Shown here: piece by piece, positions 25,257-36,381 of the stretch
Layout of the letters: each line of letters opens with the position of its first letter
Numbering within the stretch: the stretch's first letter is position 1
Assembly (NCBI GenBank): GCA_045602545.1
Contig: JAZSBR010000010.1
Coordinates: 46,352-110,351, forward strand
Length of the DNA stretch: 64,000 nucleotides
From: Alphaproteobacteria bacterium
Lineage (GTDB): Bacteria > Pseudomonadota > Alphaproteobacteria > RF32 > CAG-239
Direction of reading: 5' to 3'
Translations under genes and position numbers: made by a program
Notes under the pieces: generated by a model
Database searches by the model: none
Seen by the model: the letters and a program-made list of their open reading frames with translations, nothing else
Told to the model about the DNA's origin: nothing

Positions 25257-27458
25257 TCACTTTCTTATCGGTTTTAAAACAATGGTTGAGAGCGGAGGAA
25301 GCACCAGTTCAATTGAATACGGACGACCGCTTATGCCATAATTTTGAGCCTGTTTAGGTCCTTCGTTTCTGACACCGCTTCCCCAATAATTTTTATCATC
25401 ACTGTTGAAAATTTCCTGATATGCGCAGGCCTCGCTTACACCGATACGATAGTTGTTGCGCACCACCGGCGTAAAGTTGCAAACCACAACCAAATAGTCA
25501 TCATAATTGTGTCCGCGACGGATATAAGAAATCACACTGTCATCACAATCAGAATGGTCAATCCACTCAAAACCGCGCGAATCAAAATCTTCTTCAAACA
25601 ATGCCGAGTTGCCTTTATACATTAAGTTCAAATCACGCACACAATTTTGCATACCCTTATACATCGGATATTCCAATAAATGCCAACGCAGACTTTCATC
25701 GCAGTTCCATTCCCAATCCTGAGCAAATTCGTTGCCCATAAACAAAAGTTTTTTGCCCGGATGCGTCCACATAAAGCCGTAATAGGCGCGCATATTGGCA
25801 AATTTTTGCCATTCGTCGCCCGGCATTTTGGAAAGCATTGAACCTTTGCCATGCACAACTTCGTCATGAGAAATCGGTAAAATAAAGTTTTCATTAAAGG
25901 CATACAAAAGTCCGAAAGTCAGCAAACCGTGATGATATTTTCTGTGTACCGGCTCATGGCTGATATAGCGAAGCGTATCATTCATCCACCCCATATTCCA
26001 TTTATAGCCGAAACCAAGTCCGCCTGCCGAAACCGGACGCGAAACCATCGGCCATGCGGTTGATTCTTCGGCGCAGGTAATCGTTCCCTTTGTTTGGGTA
26101 TAAACCATTTCATTCATCTTACGAATAAAGGCAATAGCCTCTAAGTTTTCATTTCCGCCATAAACATTAGGTATCCACTCACCTGATTTTCGCGAATAAT
26201 CAAGATAAAGCATTGAGGCGACCGCATCAACTCTTAAACCGTCAATATGAAATTCTTTGAGCCAATAAAGCGCGCTGGCACAAAGCAAATTGCAAACTTC
26301 AGTGCGCCCGAAATTATAGATTTTAGTACCCCAATCTTTATGCTCGCCTTTGCGCGGATCAGCATGTTCATAAAGGCATGTGCCGTCAAACTGAGCCAAT
26401 CCGTAATCATCTTTAGGAAAGTGCGCCGGCACCCAATCCATAATCACGCTGATACCCGCCTGATGGAACTTATCAATCATATAGCGAAAATCATCCGGAT
26501 TACCAAAGCGCGAAGTCGGAGCAAAAAGCCCCGTTATCTGATAACCCCATGAGGCATCCAAAGGATGCTCGCAAAGAGGCATAAATTCAACATGCGTAAA
26601 GCCCATATTGCTGACATAAGGTACCATATAATCGGCCAGCTCACGATAACTCAAAAACTGACTGCCGTTTTCGCCTTTTCTGCGCCACGAGCCTAAATGC
26701 ACTTCATAAATTGACATCGGACGGTCATAAGTATTGGTATTTTCACGCTGTTTGAGCCAAGCTTCATCATTCCATTTATAGTGATTGATGTCAAATACGA
26801 TGGAGGCATTTTTCGGGCGAATTTCCGAATAAGTCGCGAGCGGGTCAGCCTTACTTAAAATATAATTTTCCTGCGTTTTGATCTCATACTTATAAAGTTC
26901 ACCCTCTTTTAAGCCGGGAATGAAAATATCCCAAATTCCGCAACTGATATGGCGACGCATAACATCCGTTCTGCCGTCCCAGTTATTGAAATTTCCCACT
27001 ACCGACACGCGCTTGGCATTAGGCGCCCAAACGGCAAAACCGACACCTTTTACGCCATCAACTTCCATAACATGAGCACCGAGCTTTTTATATATATCAC
27101 GATGGTTGCCTTGGGCAAATAAATATTCATCAATATCGCCGATAAAAGAAGAGAATCTGTATGTATCTTCCGCAACATAAACATTTCCTTTATCGTTCGT
27201 AATACGGAATTTGTATTCAAAACCTTCCGTCTTTTCGGTATTCAGCTGGAAAAAGCCCCTGTCATCAAGCTTTTGCATCTGCCCCAATATTTTGCCTTTT
27301 GCGTCTATAACTTCCATTTTTGAAGCAAACGGTTGGAAAGAGCGGATAAATACTTTTTTTGTACCCTTGTTGCGATGAATTCCCAAAACGGCAAAAACAT
27401 TTGAATGATCACCGTTTATAATGGCATCAATTTCTTCTTTCGGTAACAGATTTTCCAT
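25257..27458 (-). CDS. glgB: 1,4-alpha-glucan branching enzyme
   Basis: 733 aa with GH13 GlgB motifs (VIMDWVPAHF, GLRVDAVASMLY, AEESTAWP, LPISHDEVVHGK). Confidence 0.95.
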   Translation of the reverse strand: MENLLPKEEIDAIINGDHSNVFAVLGIHRNKGTKKVFIRSFQPFASKMEVIDAKGKILGQMQKLDDRGFFQLNTEKTEGFEYKFRITNDKGNVYVAEDTYRFSSFIGDIDEYLFAQGNHRDIYKKLGAHVMEVDGVKGVGFAVWAPNAKRVSVVGNFNNWDGRTDVMRRHISCGIWDIFIPGLKEGELYKYEIKTQENYILSKADPLATYSEIRPKNASIVFDINHYKWNDEAWLKQRENTNTYDRPMSIYEVHLGSWRRKGENGSQFLSYRELADYMVPYVSNMGFTHVEFMPLCEHPLDASWGYQITGLFAPTSRFGNPDDFRYMIDKFHQAGISVIMDWVPAHFPKDDYGLAQFDGTCLYEHADPRKGEHKDWGTKIYNFGRTEVCNLLCASALYWLKEFHIDGLRVDAVASMLYLDYSRKSGEWIPNVYGGNENLEAIAFIRKMNEMVYTQTKGTITCAEESTAWPMVSRPVSAGGLGFGYKWNMGWMNDTLRYISHEPVHRKYHHGLLTFGLLYAFNENFILPISHDEVVHGKGSMLSKMPGDEWQKFANMRAYYGFMWTHPGKKLLFMGNEFAQDWEWNCDESLRWHLLEYPMYKGMQNCVRDLNLMYKGNSALFEEDFDSRGFEWIDHSDCDDSVISYIRRGHNYDDYLVVVCNFTPVVRNNYRIGVSEACAYQEIFNSDDKNYWGSGVRNEGPKQAQNYGISGRPYSIELVLPPLSTIVLKPIRK

Positions 27459-27646
27459 TGGCTTATAACTCCTTTTAAAGCAACATTTTAAATAATAACC
27501 GTTTCAAATTTTTAAATTATCGCCGGTAGGATAACTTTTTTAAAGAAAAATTGCAAGTAAAATAATTATTTTACTTTTAGCACTTTTTTGCTTTTTAAAC
27601 TTGACAAAAAAATCAAATTTTGTTATGATGCACGCGTGAGGTAAAA

Positions 27647-29254
27647 ATGAGTTTTTGGGAAAAATCAAATATTAAGGTTGCAGGATTGTTGCTGACGGGG
27701 CTGACATTGTTCGGCACCGAGTCGAATAATAATCATAAAGAAAACAATAGCGATCAAACTGTTAAAACAGACAGCCTTGATATAAAACCTATTGTAAAGA
27801 AACCTATTTTGAATATTTCATACCGAACCGACACTTTGGAAAAACGTTCGCCCATCCTTCTTTATAATCAAAACGGGAGCATTATCAGACATTATCGCGA
27901 TAATGATTCGTTATACCGTATGAAAATGCATCTTTTTGTTCATGAAGCGTGGCACACCCATAATCTTAATACCGGATTCAAGGTCAAATATAAACTTTCT
28001 CCGCAAAAATATCGCAAATTGTTAGCTCATGATGAAATTTCCGCAAATTTGGCGGCACTCAATTCTTTGATTTTGGAATATACATTTGCAGACAACAAAA
28101 AAGAATTTTTGGATAGTATATGTGCCAAAAGCAAATATTTTTCCTTTTACTTTGATGAAGTGGCAAAAGGAAATATCAATCCTTTAAGTTCGGATTTGAC
28201 AATGGTTGAAAAAGACCGCTCTTTAAGAATGAACGGTATTATGAAAGTATGGATGGAGCGCTCGTATCCTGCCTATTGTGAAAGGCAGAAAAGAATGCTC
28301 TTCAGATATCTGCAACGCAACGGTATATATGAAGAAAATGAAAGAGCTTATAGTAAAGTTTTGCATGAAATGTATGATATCGGTGGTATTGATTTTTGGA
28401 AATATGCAAAATCAGACATTAAACTTAATGATATTGCCATTATTGACGACTTAACCAAAATTAGCACCTTTCCGAAAGAAAATAAAATTCTTTTTGCTGA
28501 AATCAAAAAATATGCTCCGATGGTAGAAAAAATTGAGAATGATAAACAACGTGCCTACGCCATTCAGCATTTGCTGATTGCTTCGGAAATTAAAGCTGAA
28601 ATTAATGAAAAAAACTACATTATTGATAATAACCTCACCGGTATTTTATATAACAAAATAAAAACTCGTTACGCAAATGACCCGACATTTTTCGCTTTTG
28701 TAAAACATTCCAGCATAGGCACAAAACCTTCCGGATTAATAAAAGATGTTAATGCGCCGTCTTTAGATGATTTTATCGGCAAAATATATGATTTTGACGG
28801 CATCAATCTTAAAGATAAAATAGCAAACTTTACTCACATTGATCTACCTTGGCAACCGGATAAGTTCTGGAATATGTGTAATGTTGGAAGCCTGTTTTTA
28901 TCAGAATGGAGTGATATACCGGTAGCTTATATTAACACCTTACCTAAAGACAAAAATATTCAAGTTACATCGTCAAAAACTATTGCGACAAAATATGTTA
29001 ATCAACATCGTTCAAGCAAGCAATATGTTGATATTCCGAACTTTAATGAACCGATATTGATTGCCTTAAACCAAGATCAGATGCAGAAATTAAAAAACAT
29101 TTATGCTGATTTTTATAACATGGAAGAAACCAAAGAATTTTCTCAAGACAATATTGAACAGTTGCGCGGATTGAAACAAAACAAAAAGAAATCTGCTAAA
29201 AACACAATGTACGCAAACCGTAAAAGGAAAAATTCAAATGGAAAAACCCGCTGA
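27647..29254 (+). CDS. Hypothetical exported or membrane-anchored protein carrying an HExxH motif
   Basis: N-terminal hydrophobic segment VAGLLLTGLTLFG. HEAWH lies at 27941-27955 with a Glu 27 residues after the second His (AHDEISANL). The promoter TTGACA-N17-TATGAT lies at ~27601-27630. Confidence 0.45.
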   Translation: MSFWEKSNIKVAGLLLTGLTLFGTESNNNHKENNSDQTVKTDSLDIKPIVKKPILNISYRTDTLEKRSPILLYNQNGSIIRHYRDNDSLYRMKMHLFVHEAWHTHNLNTGFKVKYKLSPQKYRKLLAHDEISANLAALNSLILEYTFADNKKEFLDSICAKSKYFSFYFDEVAKGNINPLSSDLTMVEKDRSLRMNGIMKVWMERSYPAYCERQKRMLFRYLQRNGIYEENERAYSKVLHEMYDIGGIDFWKYAKSDIKLNDIAIIDDLTKISTFPKENKILFAEIKKYAPMVEKIENDKQRAYAIQHLLIASEIKAEINEKNYIIDNNLTGILYNKIKTRYANDPTFFAFVKHSSIGTKPSGLIKDVNAPSLDDFIGKIYDFDGINLKDKIANFTHIDLPWQPDKFWNMCNVGSLFLSEWSDIPVAYINTLPKDKNIQVTSSKTIATKYVNQHRSSKQYVDIPNFNEPILIALNQDQMQKLKNIYADFYNMEETKEFSQDNIEQLRGLKQNKKKSAKNTMYANRKRKNSNGKTR

Positions 29255-29579
29255 TTTATTGGAAGCCTTTTCTCCACTTTTAGTGGAAAATCATATCAGA
29301 ATGCTGACAATTGCCAATTGCATTATCGCTGAAAATAAAGATGAAAAAACCACTTTTTCCATCACAGAAGACGATTTCAAAAAAATGACGGAAAATGAAC
29401 TGCAATCTCCGCTTATCGGCATAAATTTGCAATATGATGAAAAAACACAAAAACTAAGCGCCAACATTGAACAAAGCTTGTATGATGCTTATGCCAACAA
29501 ACTTATGCGCGAGGTTGCTCTGCTTTATAAAGAGAATTATTTTCATCGTTACGATAAGTTCATTCGTTGTGAAAAATAA
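29238..29579 (+). CDS. Hypothetical protein (113 aa) overlapping the end of the preceding gene
   Basis: The ORF overlaps the upstream gene by 17 nt. I recognise no motif. Confidence 0.4.
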   Translation: MEKPADLLEAFSPLLVENHIRMLTIANCIIAENKDEKTTFSITEDDFKKMTENELQSPLIGINLQYDEKTQKLSANIEQSLYDAYANKLMREVALLYKENYFHRYDKFIRCEK

Positions 29580-29652
29580 AAGCGATTGACTTTTTTTTAT
29601 AAAAAGTGCTATAAAGAGTTTAAATTTTAATTATTAACTAATCCCTACAATT

Positions 29653-30486
29653 ATGAACACAATTGAGAAAATTGCCGAAATGGCAAAAGAAATGTCGTGG
29701 CATGAAATCATGGAAAGATTTATTTTGCCGCAAGTGCTGAAAAAAGGCGGTCAGGCCCGCAATTATCAGATTTCTGACGAATACATGACCGTTGTTGCCG
29801 AGTATGCGCCGCTCATTCAGCGCGACCAACAGACGGCAGCTATTTTGCTTGAATTTGCCATGCAGCGAATTTCCTGCGGTGCGGTGAAACACGCATATCA
29901 GGGGGCAGCAATCAACGTTCCTCAGAAATACGTGTACTATTCAACGTTTCAAGACCATGATGTGCCAATGAGCGATGCTTGTTTTGACTTTTTGCAAAGA
30001 GGTCTGCCTTATGCTTTGATTTCTAGCAATCCTAAGGTCAAGAAACATGCCTCAGCAATTCTGTTCGGGTTGATTTACAATCTTGATTTTGAAACCGGTG
30101 AACCGTTAAACGGCTATGCTCTCGGAAATATCAAAACTCCGGCAAAAGAGATTCAAAGCTGGGCATGGGAAACTGCTCTTATTTTTGTGCCGTTTGAGGA
30201 GTTTTGGCCAAAGTTGGTTGATGATAACTGGCTCAAATACAAGCGCTTTTTTGTCAGCAACTGGGAAAAAATCGGAGTGCGAAAGTTTCACAAGAAGCTG
30301 GCTCAGAGAATGCCCCCGCAAAAGGCTTGGCGAGAACTTGCCATTGACGGATGGGAACGACACATCGGCTTTTTTCATGACTACTGGCCTATGGTAGATA
30401 AAGATTTATTCTTTGAGACTATCGGCGTTTCAGGATTGGCTCAAAAAGCCAAGATTTCTCTGAAAATCAAGTATTATTCGGATTAA
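29653..30486 (+). CDS. Hypothetical protein (277 aa)
   Basis: It has its own promoter, TTGACT-N17-TGCTATAAA, at ~29586-29615. The coding sequence looks richer in G/C than its neighbours. I recognise no motif. Confidence 0.5.
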   Translation: MNTIEKIAEMAKEMSWHEIMERFILPQVLKKGGQARNYQISDEYMTVVAEYAPLIQRDQQTAAILLEFAMQRISCGAVKHAYQGAAINVPQKYVYYSTFQDHDVPMSDACFDFLQRGLPYALISSNPKVKKHASAILFGLIYNLDFETGEPLNGYALGNIKTPAKEIQSWAWETALIFVPFEEFWPKLVDDNWLKYKRFFVSNWEKIGVRKFHKKLAQRMPPQKAWRELAIDGWERHIGFFHDYWPMVDKDLFFETIGVSGLAQKAKISLKIKYYSD

Positions 30487-30548
30487 ACAAAAGATAAAAG
30501 GCATCGGAACTTCCGATGCCTTTTGTTGTTATCATCAAAAAACACTTA

Positions 30549-31241
30549 TCAATAGCTTTTCGGATCATCGGGATCACGCAAAACATATCCGCGTCCCCAA
30601 ACAGTTTCAATATAGTTCTTACCACCCGAGGCATTTTCAAGTTTTTTGCGCAACTTGCAGATGAACACGTCAATAATTTTGAGTTCAGGCTCATCAATAC
30701 CGCCGTAAAGATGGTTCAAGAACTGGTCTTTATTAAGGGTTGCACCTTTACGCAAAGAAAGCAGTTCCATAATGCCGTATTCTTTGCCGGTAAGATGCAG
30801 AGTTTTTCCTTTTACCGTAACGGTTTGAGTATCAATATCAATTTCAACATCACCGGTTTTAATGATTGAATTTGAGTGTCCCTTTGAACGGCGAACAACG
30901 GCTTGAATGCGCGCCAAAAGTTCAGCCTTATCAAAAGGCTTGGTCAAATAGTCATCAGCGCCGTATCCCAAACCTTTAACCTTTTTATCAGGTTCGGTAA
31001 GACCTGAAAGAATCAAAACCGGCGTTGTGATTTTGGCACTGCGCAAATTTTTCAAGACTTCATAACCGTTCATATCCGGCAACATCAAATCCAAGATTAT
31101 GATATCATAGTCATAAAGTTTTGCGATATCCAATCCGTCTTCACCCAAGTCTGTTGCATCTACAACCATTCCTTCTTTTTTAAGCATGGTTTCAATGCTT
31201 TGCGAAACAGCATAATCGTCCTCAACTAGCAATACTCTCAT
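30549..31241 (-). CDS. ctrA: Cell-cycle response regulator CtrA
   Basis: [96 protein letters not shown] is very close to the CtrA signature. Confidence 0.9.
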   Translation of the reverse strand: MRVLLVEDDYAVSQSIETMLKKEGMVVDATDLGEDGLDIAKLYDYDIIILDLMLPDMNGYEVLKNLRSAKITTPVLILSGLTEPDKKVKGLGYGADDYLTKPFDKAELLARIQAVVRRSKGHSNSIIKTGDVEIDIDTQTVTVKGKTLHLTGKEYGIMELLSLRKGATLNKDQFLNHLYGGIDEPELKIIDVFICKLRKKLENASGGKNYIETVWGRGYVLRDPDDPKSY

Positions 31242-31419
31242 TTGTTTTTTACCTTTCAAAATCTATCCTTGTTCGTGATTGCATTATGAAAAAAATATTT
31301 TAAAAATAAAAGTGGTTGTTAACAATTATTAACAAGATTATATTTTTTTTTGAAAAAAGCTCAAAAAAAGCTTGCAATTAAAAATTAAATAGGTTAGTAA
31401 TCTGAATACCTTTTAAGCC

Positions 31420-31495
31420 GGTTCCATCGTCTAGTGGTCTAGGACATGGCCCTCTCAAGGCTAAAACACGAGTTCAAATCTCGTTGGAATCACCA
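31420..31495 (+). tRNA. tRNA-Glu (anticodon CUC), CCA encoded
   Basis: Acceptor GGTTCCA/TGGAATC, D arm GTCTAGTGGTCTAGGAC, anticodon stem TGGCC/GGCTA with loop CTCTCAA. Confidence 0.85.
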
Positions 31496-31504
31496 ATAAA
31501 AATT

Positions 31505-31532
31505 AACCTCCCAACAGGGAGGTTTAATTTTT
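31505..31532 (+). terminator. Intrinsic terminator after tRNA-Glu
   Basis: AACCTCCC aaca GGGAGGTT followed by a T-rich run. Confidence 0.7.
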
Positions 31533-31739
31533 GTTTGGCATTCCAAAACGCTATTCGAGATTTGAACTCGGGACGCTGGAGGAAAATAAACAAGCTTTGA
31601 TGCTTGTTTATTGATGAAAATTAAAGAATTTTTCTTTTTTTTACAAAAAAGACTTGACAAAATGCGGGGGGGGGTAAAATGGAGTTATAAGAAGCGATTC
31701 TTTATTTTGTATAGCAACTTTTATATAAGGAGAAAAGCA

Positions 31740-32420
31740 ATGAAATTAAAAGATAAAATAAAAACTGTTGCCATAGGTATGGTTACTGCAGTAATGACTT
31801 CTTGCGGTTTTAAGAGTAATAAAGCGGAGGTCGTTGAAAGACACCCTAGTGTGCATGCATTTGATGATTCATCTCGTCCTAGAATGAGTGACTATAGACC
31901 TTTAGGTTGGATGTCTATAAGTGGAATCCCTTTGGAAAATGACGATTCTATTGATGTTAAAAAGCGTCACGAATGGCAAGAAAAATTGGATAATGCCGGG
32001 ATTCCTGTTGCCAAAAAAGGAGAAAACGATACCGACTCCTTATTGATAAGTGTGGAAGAAAAAGACGGAAAACTGCAAAATCCGAGATATGGACTGAACC
32101 CTAGCGCTGAAATTCAAGCTGTAGAGCGAGTTGACGGATATGCTATAGAACGTGAGGGGAAGACGCAAAAGGTTAATAAGTTTGATAAATCATATTTTGG
32201 TGTTGAAAACGTGAAAGAGGTCAAAAAACGTGTTACTGAAAACATAGCTGTTGTAAAAAATAAAGAGGTGGAAAAAACTTTGAAAGAAGGTGATAAGATT
32301 AATGGACACGTTGTTAAAGAAGATGGCAAAAGTCCGACAATACAAGAAGAACGTGATGAACCAACCGGAACAAAGGTGACTACGTTTAACTATACCAGAA
32401 ATTATAATTACAAAGAATAA
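31740..32420 (+). CDS. Lipoprotein of unknown function
   Basis: MKLKDKIKTVAIGMVTAVMTSCGF has a lipobox. The SD AAGGAG precedes ATG 31740, and the promoter TTGACA..GGTAAAAT lies upstream. Confidence 0.65.
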   Translation: MKLKDKIKTVAIGMVTAVMTSCGFKSNKAEVVERHPSVHAFDDSSRPRMSDYRPLGWMSISGIPLENDDSIDVKKRHEWQEKLDNAGIPVAKKGENDTDSLLISVEEKDGKLQNPRYGLNPSAEIQAVERVDGYAIEREGKTQKVNKFDKSYFGVENVKEVKKRVTENIAVVKNKEVEKTLKEGDKINGHVVKEDGKSPTIQEERDEPTGTKVTTFNYTRNYNYKE

Positions 32421-32606
32421 TAACATAATAACATCTAAAGCGCCTCATCTGATTGGGGCGTTTTTTATGCCTTTGAAACACCCATACATCTTCATAAAAA
32501 CACTTTGTAACTCTTTGTTTTTACGGCGCTTTTAAAAAAATATGTTATTTTATGAAAAAAGTGCTTGATTTTTATTTTTTTATATTGTATATATTGCTTC
32601 GTTGAT

Positions 32607-32682
32607 GGGTGCTTAGCTCAGCTGGAAGAGCATCTCGTTTACACCGAGAGGGTCGGGAGTTCGAACCTCTCAGCGCCTACCA
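32607..32682 (+). tRNA. tRNA-Val (anticodon UAC), CCA encoded
   Basis: Acceptor GGGTGCT/AGCGCCT, anticodon stem TCTCG/CGAGA with loop TTTACAC, T arm GGGAGTTCGAACCTCTC. Confidence 0.85.
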
Positions 32683-32687
32683 CTTGA

Positions 32688-32714
32688 AAGCCGTCCTTTG
32701 TGACGGCTTTTTTG
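32688..32714 (+). terminator. Intrinsic terminator after tRNA-Val
   Basis: AGCCGTC ctttgt GACGGCT followed by TTTTT. Confidence 0.75.
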
Positions 32715-32728
32715 ATTTATAAAAATCC

Positions 32729-32753
32729 CTCGCGTTTTAATCTCGCGTTTTAA
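32729..32753 (+). promoter_or_regulatory. Tandem direct repeat (2 x CTCGCGTTTTAA, 13-bp period) just upstream of the N-ATPase promoter
   Basis: CTCGCGTTTTAA t CTCGCGTTTTAA. An extended -10 TGCTAAAAT lies at 32774-32782, and there is no good -35 hexamer. Confidence 0.45.
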
Positions 32754-32790
32754 GATAAACTTAAGATTTTTTTTGCTAAAATATCGGTAA

Positions 32791-34269
<1,479 letters not shown>

Positions 34270-34271
34270 AA

Positions 34272-34676
34272 ATGCGCCTTATCATCTGCACACCGCTCGG
34301 AGAAGTATTGAATAAGGAAATTCAAAAAATTTCGTTGGAATTTTTGAACGGATATCATACTTTTCTGCCAAAGCACATAGATTTTGCCTCGGTTTTAAAA
34401 CCGTCTATCGCAACCTATACCTTGGAAAACGGCGAGCAGAAATATATTGCCTGCCATACGGGAATTGCCGTAAAAAAAGGAAAAAACATTACTTTAAGCG
34501 TCAGACAGGCCATTTTGAGCGATACTCTTGATGAGTTGAAAAAAACAATTCTGCAGGAATTTAAGAAAAACGATGAGCAAAGAAAAGAGCTTAATACGGC
34601 AATGGCACGCTTGGAATTAGGATTACTCAGAGGATTTAACAACTTGAAAGGAGAAAAGTTTGACGGAGGAATTTGA
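34272..34676 (+). CDS. atpC: N-ATPase epsilon subunit
   Basis: 134 aa. The call rests on its position after atpD and its F1-epsilon-like size and beta-sandwich N-terminus. Confidence 0.7.
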   Translation: MRLIICTPLGEVLNKEIQKISLEFLNGYHTFLPKHIDFASVLKPSIATYTLENGEQKYIACHTGIAVKKGKNITLSVRQAILSDTLDELKKTILQEFKKNDEQRKELNTAMARLELGLLRGFNNLKGEKFDGGI

Positions 34677-35004
34677 AAATAAAAATGCCGAAGAAATATC
34701 ATCCGAATTGGCTCGCAAGGCTGTTATGATGAAGATGAAAAAAGAGCAAAATATCGGCGTTAATCTTGGTTTTGTTGCCGCACTCGGAGGTGTGATAATT
34801 GTCCCTATCCTCTTGGGAATTTGGGGCGGAACATTTTTAGATACACATTATCCGGTGCACTTTTCATGGCGTCTTTCGTTAATTTTTTGCGGATTTGTCT
34901 GGGGAATGATAAACGCCTTCTTTTGGATTAAGATTGAAGAAGAAAAAATTGCCGCATCAGAAAAAAAATTGCAGTCCGAAATTGAAAAGGAGATGAAAAA
35001 ATGA
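34660..35004 (+). CDS. atpQ: N-ATPase AtpQ (AtpI/AtpZ-like) membrane protein
   Basis: Two TM helices (ALGGVIIVPILLGIWGGTFLD..LIFCGFVWGMINAFFWI), and third position in the operon. Confidence 0.65.
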   Translation: MTEEFENKNAEEISSELARKAVMMKMKKEQNIGVNLGFVAALGGVIIVPILLGIWGGTFLDTHYPVHFSWRLSLIFCGFVWGMINAFFWIKIEEEKIAASEKKLQSEIEKEMKK

Positions 35005-35330
35005 CAACACCGGATATCTGGACAACAGCCTGGAATGCGGCTCCGCTTTGGCGCCTGATTTTTGCCTTTTTCTGCGGAATTGCCGTTGGTTTTGCATATT
35101 TTCAAAGCATGCGTTGGAGCATAAATCATTTAGATGATTTCAAACATAAAATCCGGATGTTTGCTTTAATGGCGTTTTTGCGAATTACCATGTTTTTTGG
35201 CGTCTTGATGCTTGTATGTGAACGCAATTTGATATTGATTTTAATCTACATTCTGTCGTTTTTCATTACCAAAATGTTTATTGTAGCCATTGCCAAAGGC
35301 TTAATCAAAAAAGAGGATAACGAAAAATGA
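35001..35330 (+). CDS. atpR: N-ATPase AtpR membrane protein
   Basis: 109 aa with three hydrophobic helices (LWRLIFAFFCGIAVGFAYFQSMRW), and fourth position in the operon. Confidence 0.65.
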   Translation: MTTPDIWTTAWNAAPLWRLIFAFFCGIAVGFAYFQSMRWSINHLDDFKHKIRMFALMAFLRITMFFGVLMLVCERNLILILIYILSFFITKMFIVAIAKGLIKKEDNEK

Positions 35331-36064
35331 TATTTAAAAACGTTGATTTTTCAAAACTTTTTGATTTGCCCTCACCTGACAAACAGCTGGGGCTGGAGAG
35401 TTATGAAGCAATCACGCTTTTTGATTTTTGCGGATTTCCGATAAATGTTACGATATTCAACAGCTGGCTGGTAATTATGCTCATCACTGCCGTATGTTAT
35501 TTTTCAACGCGCAATCTGAGTGCAAATAAAGCCCCTTCAAAATGGCAACTTTTGCTTGAAACGCTTGTAACTTGGTTGCAAAAAGAGGCAAAAGAAGCCT
35601 CAGACAGCAAGAACAATCAATATTTGGGCATGGCAATGGGGTTGTTTTGCTTTATTTTTACTTGTAATTTATTGACTTTTATTCCGTGGTTTCGTCCGCC
35701 GACAGCATCTTTAAGCACCACCATGGCTTTGGCGACGATAGTCTTTATGGCAATACCTTATTTTGCCGTAAAAAATGCCGGAATAAAGAGCTATTTTAAG
35801 AAATTTATCGAACCGGTGCCTCTGTTGTTGCCGATGAATATTTTCAGCGAAATTTTTTCGGTTTTGGCAATGGGGTTGCGTCTGTTTGGAAATATGCTTA
35901 GCGGAGTGATGTTTGCTTCAATTTTAAGCGCCTTCATTCCGTTTATCGCACCGCTTGCGATGCAAAGTTTAGGCTTGTTGACCGGAACGATTCAGGCCTA
36001 TATTTTTGCACTGCTGGCAATAGTTTATTCTTCTTCCGTGAAGAAAAAAGATGATGTTAACTGA
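35327..36064 (+). CDS. atpB: N-ATPase a subunit
   Basis: The conserved stator arginine context LAMGLRLFGNMLSG, and a polytopic membrane protein. Confidence 0.85.
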   Translation: MIFKNVDFSKLFDLPSPDKQLGLESYEAITLFDFCGFPINVTIFNSWLVIMLITAVCYFSTRNLSANKAPSKWQLLLETLVTWLQKEAKEASDSKNNQYLGMAMGLFCFIFTCNLLTFIPWFRPPTASLSTTMALATIVFMAIPYFAVKNAGIKSYFKKFIEPVPLLLPMNIFSEIFSVLAMGLRLFGNMLSGVMFASILSAFIPFIAPLAMQSLGLLTGTIQAYIFALLAIVYSSSVKKKDDVN

Positions 36065-36087
36065 ACTTTTAAGAAAGGAAAAATAAA

Positions 36088-36357
36088 ATGGATTCATATG
36101 CAATAATCGGAGCTGTTTCAATTTTGGGTGCCTGCATTTGTATGGGTATCGGAAGTTTGGGCTCGGCTTTGGGAGAAGGAAATGCCGCGGCTGCCGCTTT
36201 GCAAGCCATGGCACAACAACCGGACGAAGCCGGACGCATCAGAAGCACCATGTTTGTAACTCTTGCAATGTTGGAAACCACCGCACTTTATGCGTTGTTG
36301 ATTGCCTTTTTGGCGATTTATGCAAACCCGTTTTGGAATTATGCAATCACACAATAA
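36088..36357 (+). CDS. atpE: N-ATPase c subunit with a Na+-type two-carboxylate ion site
   Basis: Hairpin protein with the loop QQPDEAG. Helix 2 carries LETTALY (E, T, T, Y) and helix 1 carries GEG at the position of the Q/E ligand. Confidence 0.85.
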   Translation: MDSYAIIGAVSILGACICMGIGSLGSALGEGNAAAAALQAMAQQPDEAGRIRSTMFVTLAMLETTALYALLIAFLAIYANPFWNYAITQ

Positions 36358-36381
36358 CTAAAACGAACTGAAAGAGATGAA

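Noticed and set aside
31556-31570. Inverted 15-nt copy of the tRNA-Glu T-arm (CGAGATTTGAACTCG) 73 nt downstream of the tRNA; a possible att remnant or tRNA pseudogene.
   Set aside because: Only the T-arm, which is itself nearly palindromic and highly conserved among tRNAs, is matched. No acceptor stem or anticodon arm can be folded around it, so it is too short to call.
36069-36371. Four overlapping ORFs (70-81 aa) on both strands across atpE.
   Set aside because: Only the 36088-36357 plus-strand frame gives a c-subunit hairpin with the QQPD loop and ETT motif. The others are shadow frames of a GC-rich Gly/Ala-coding segment.
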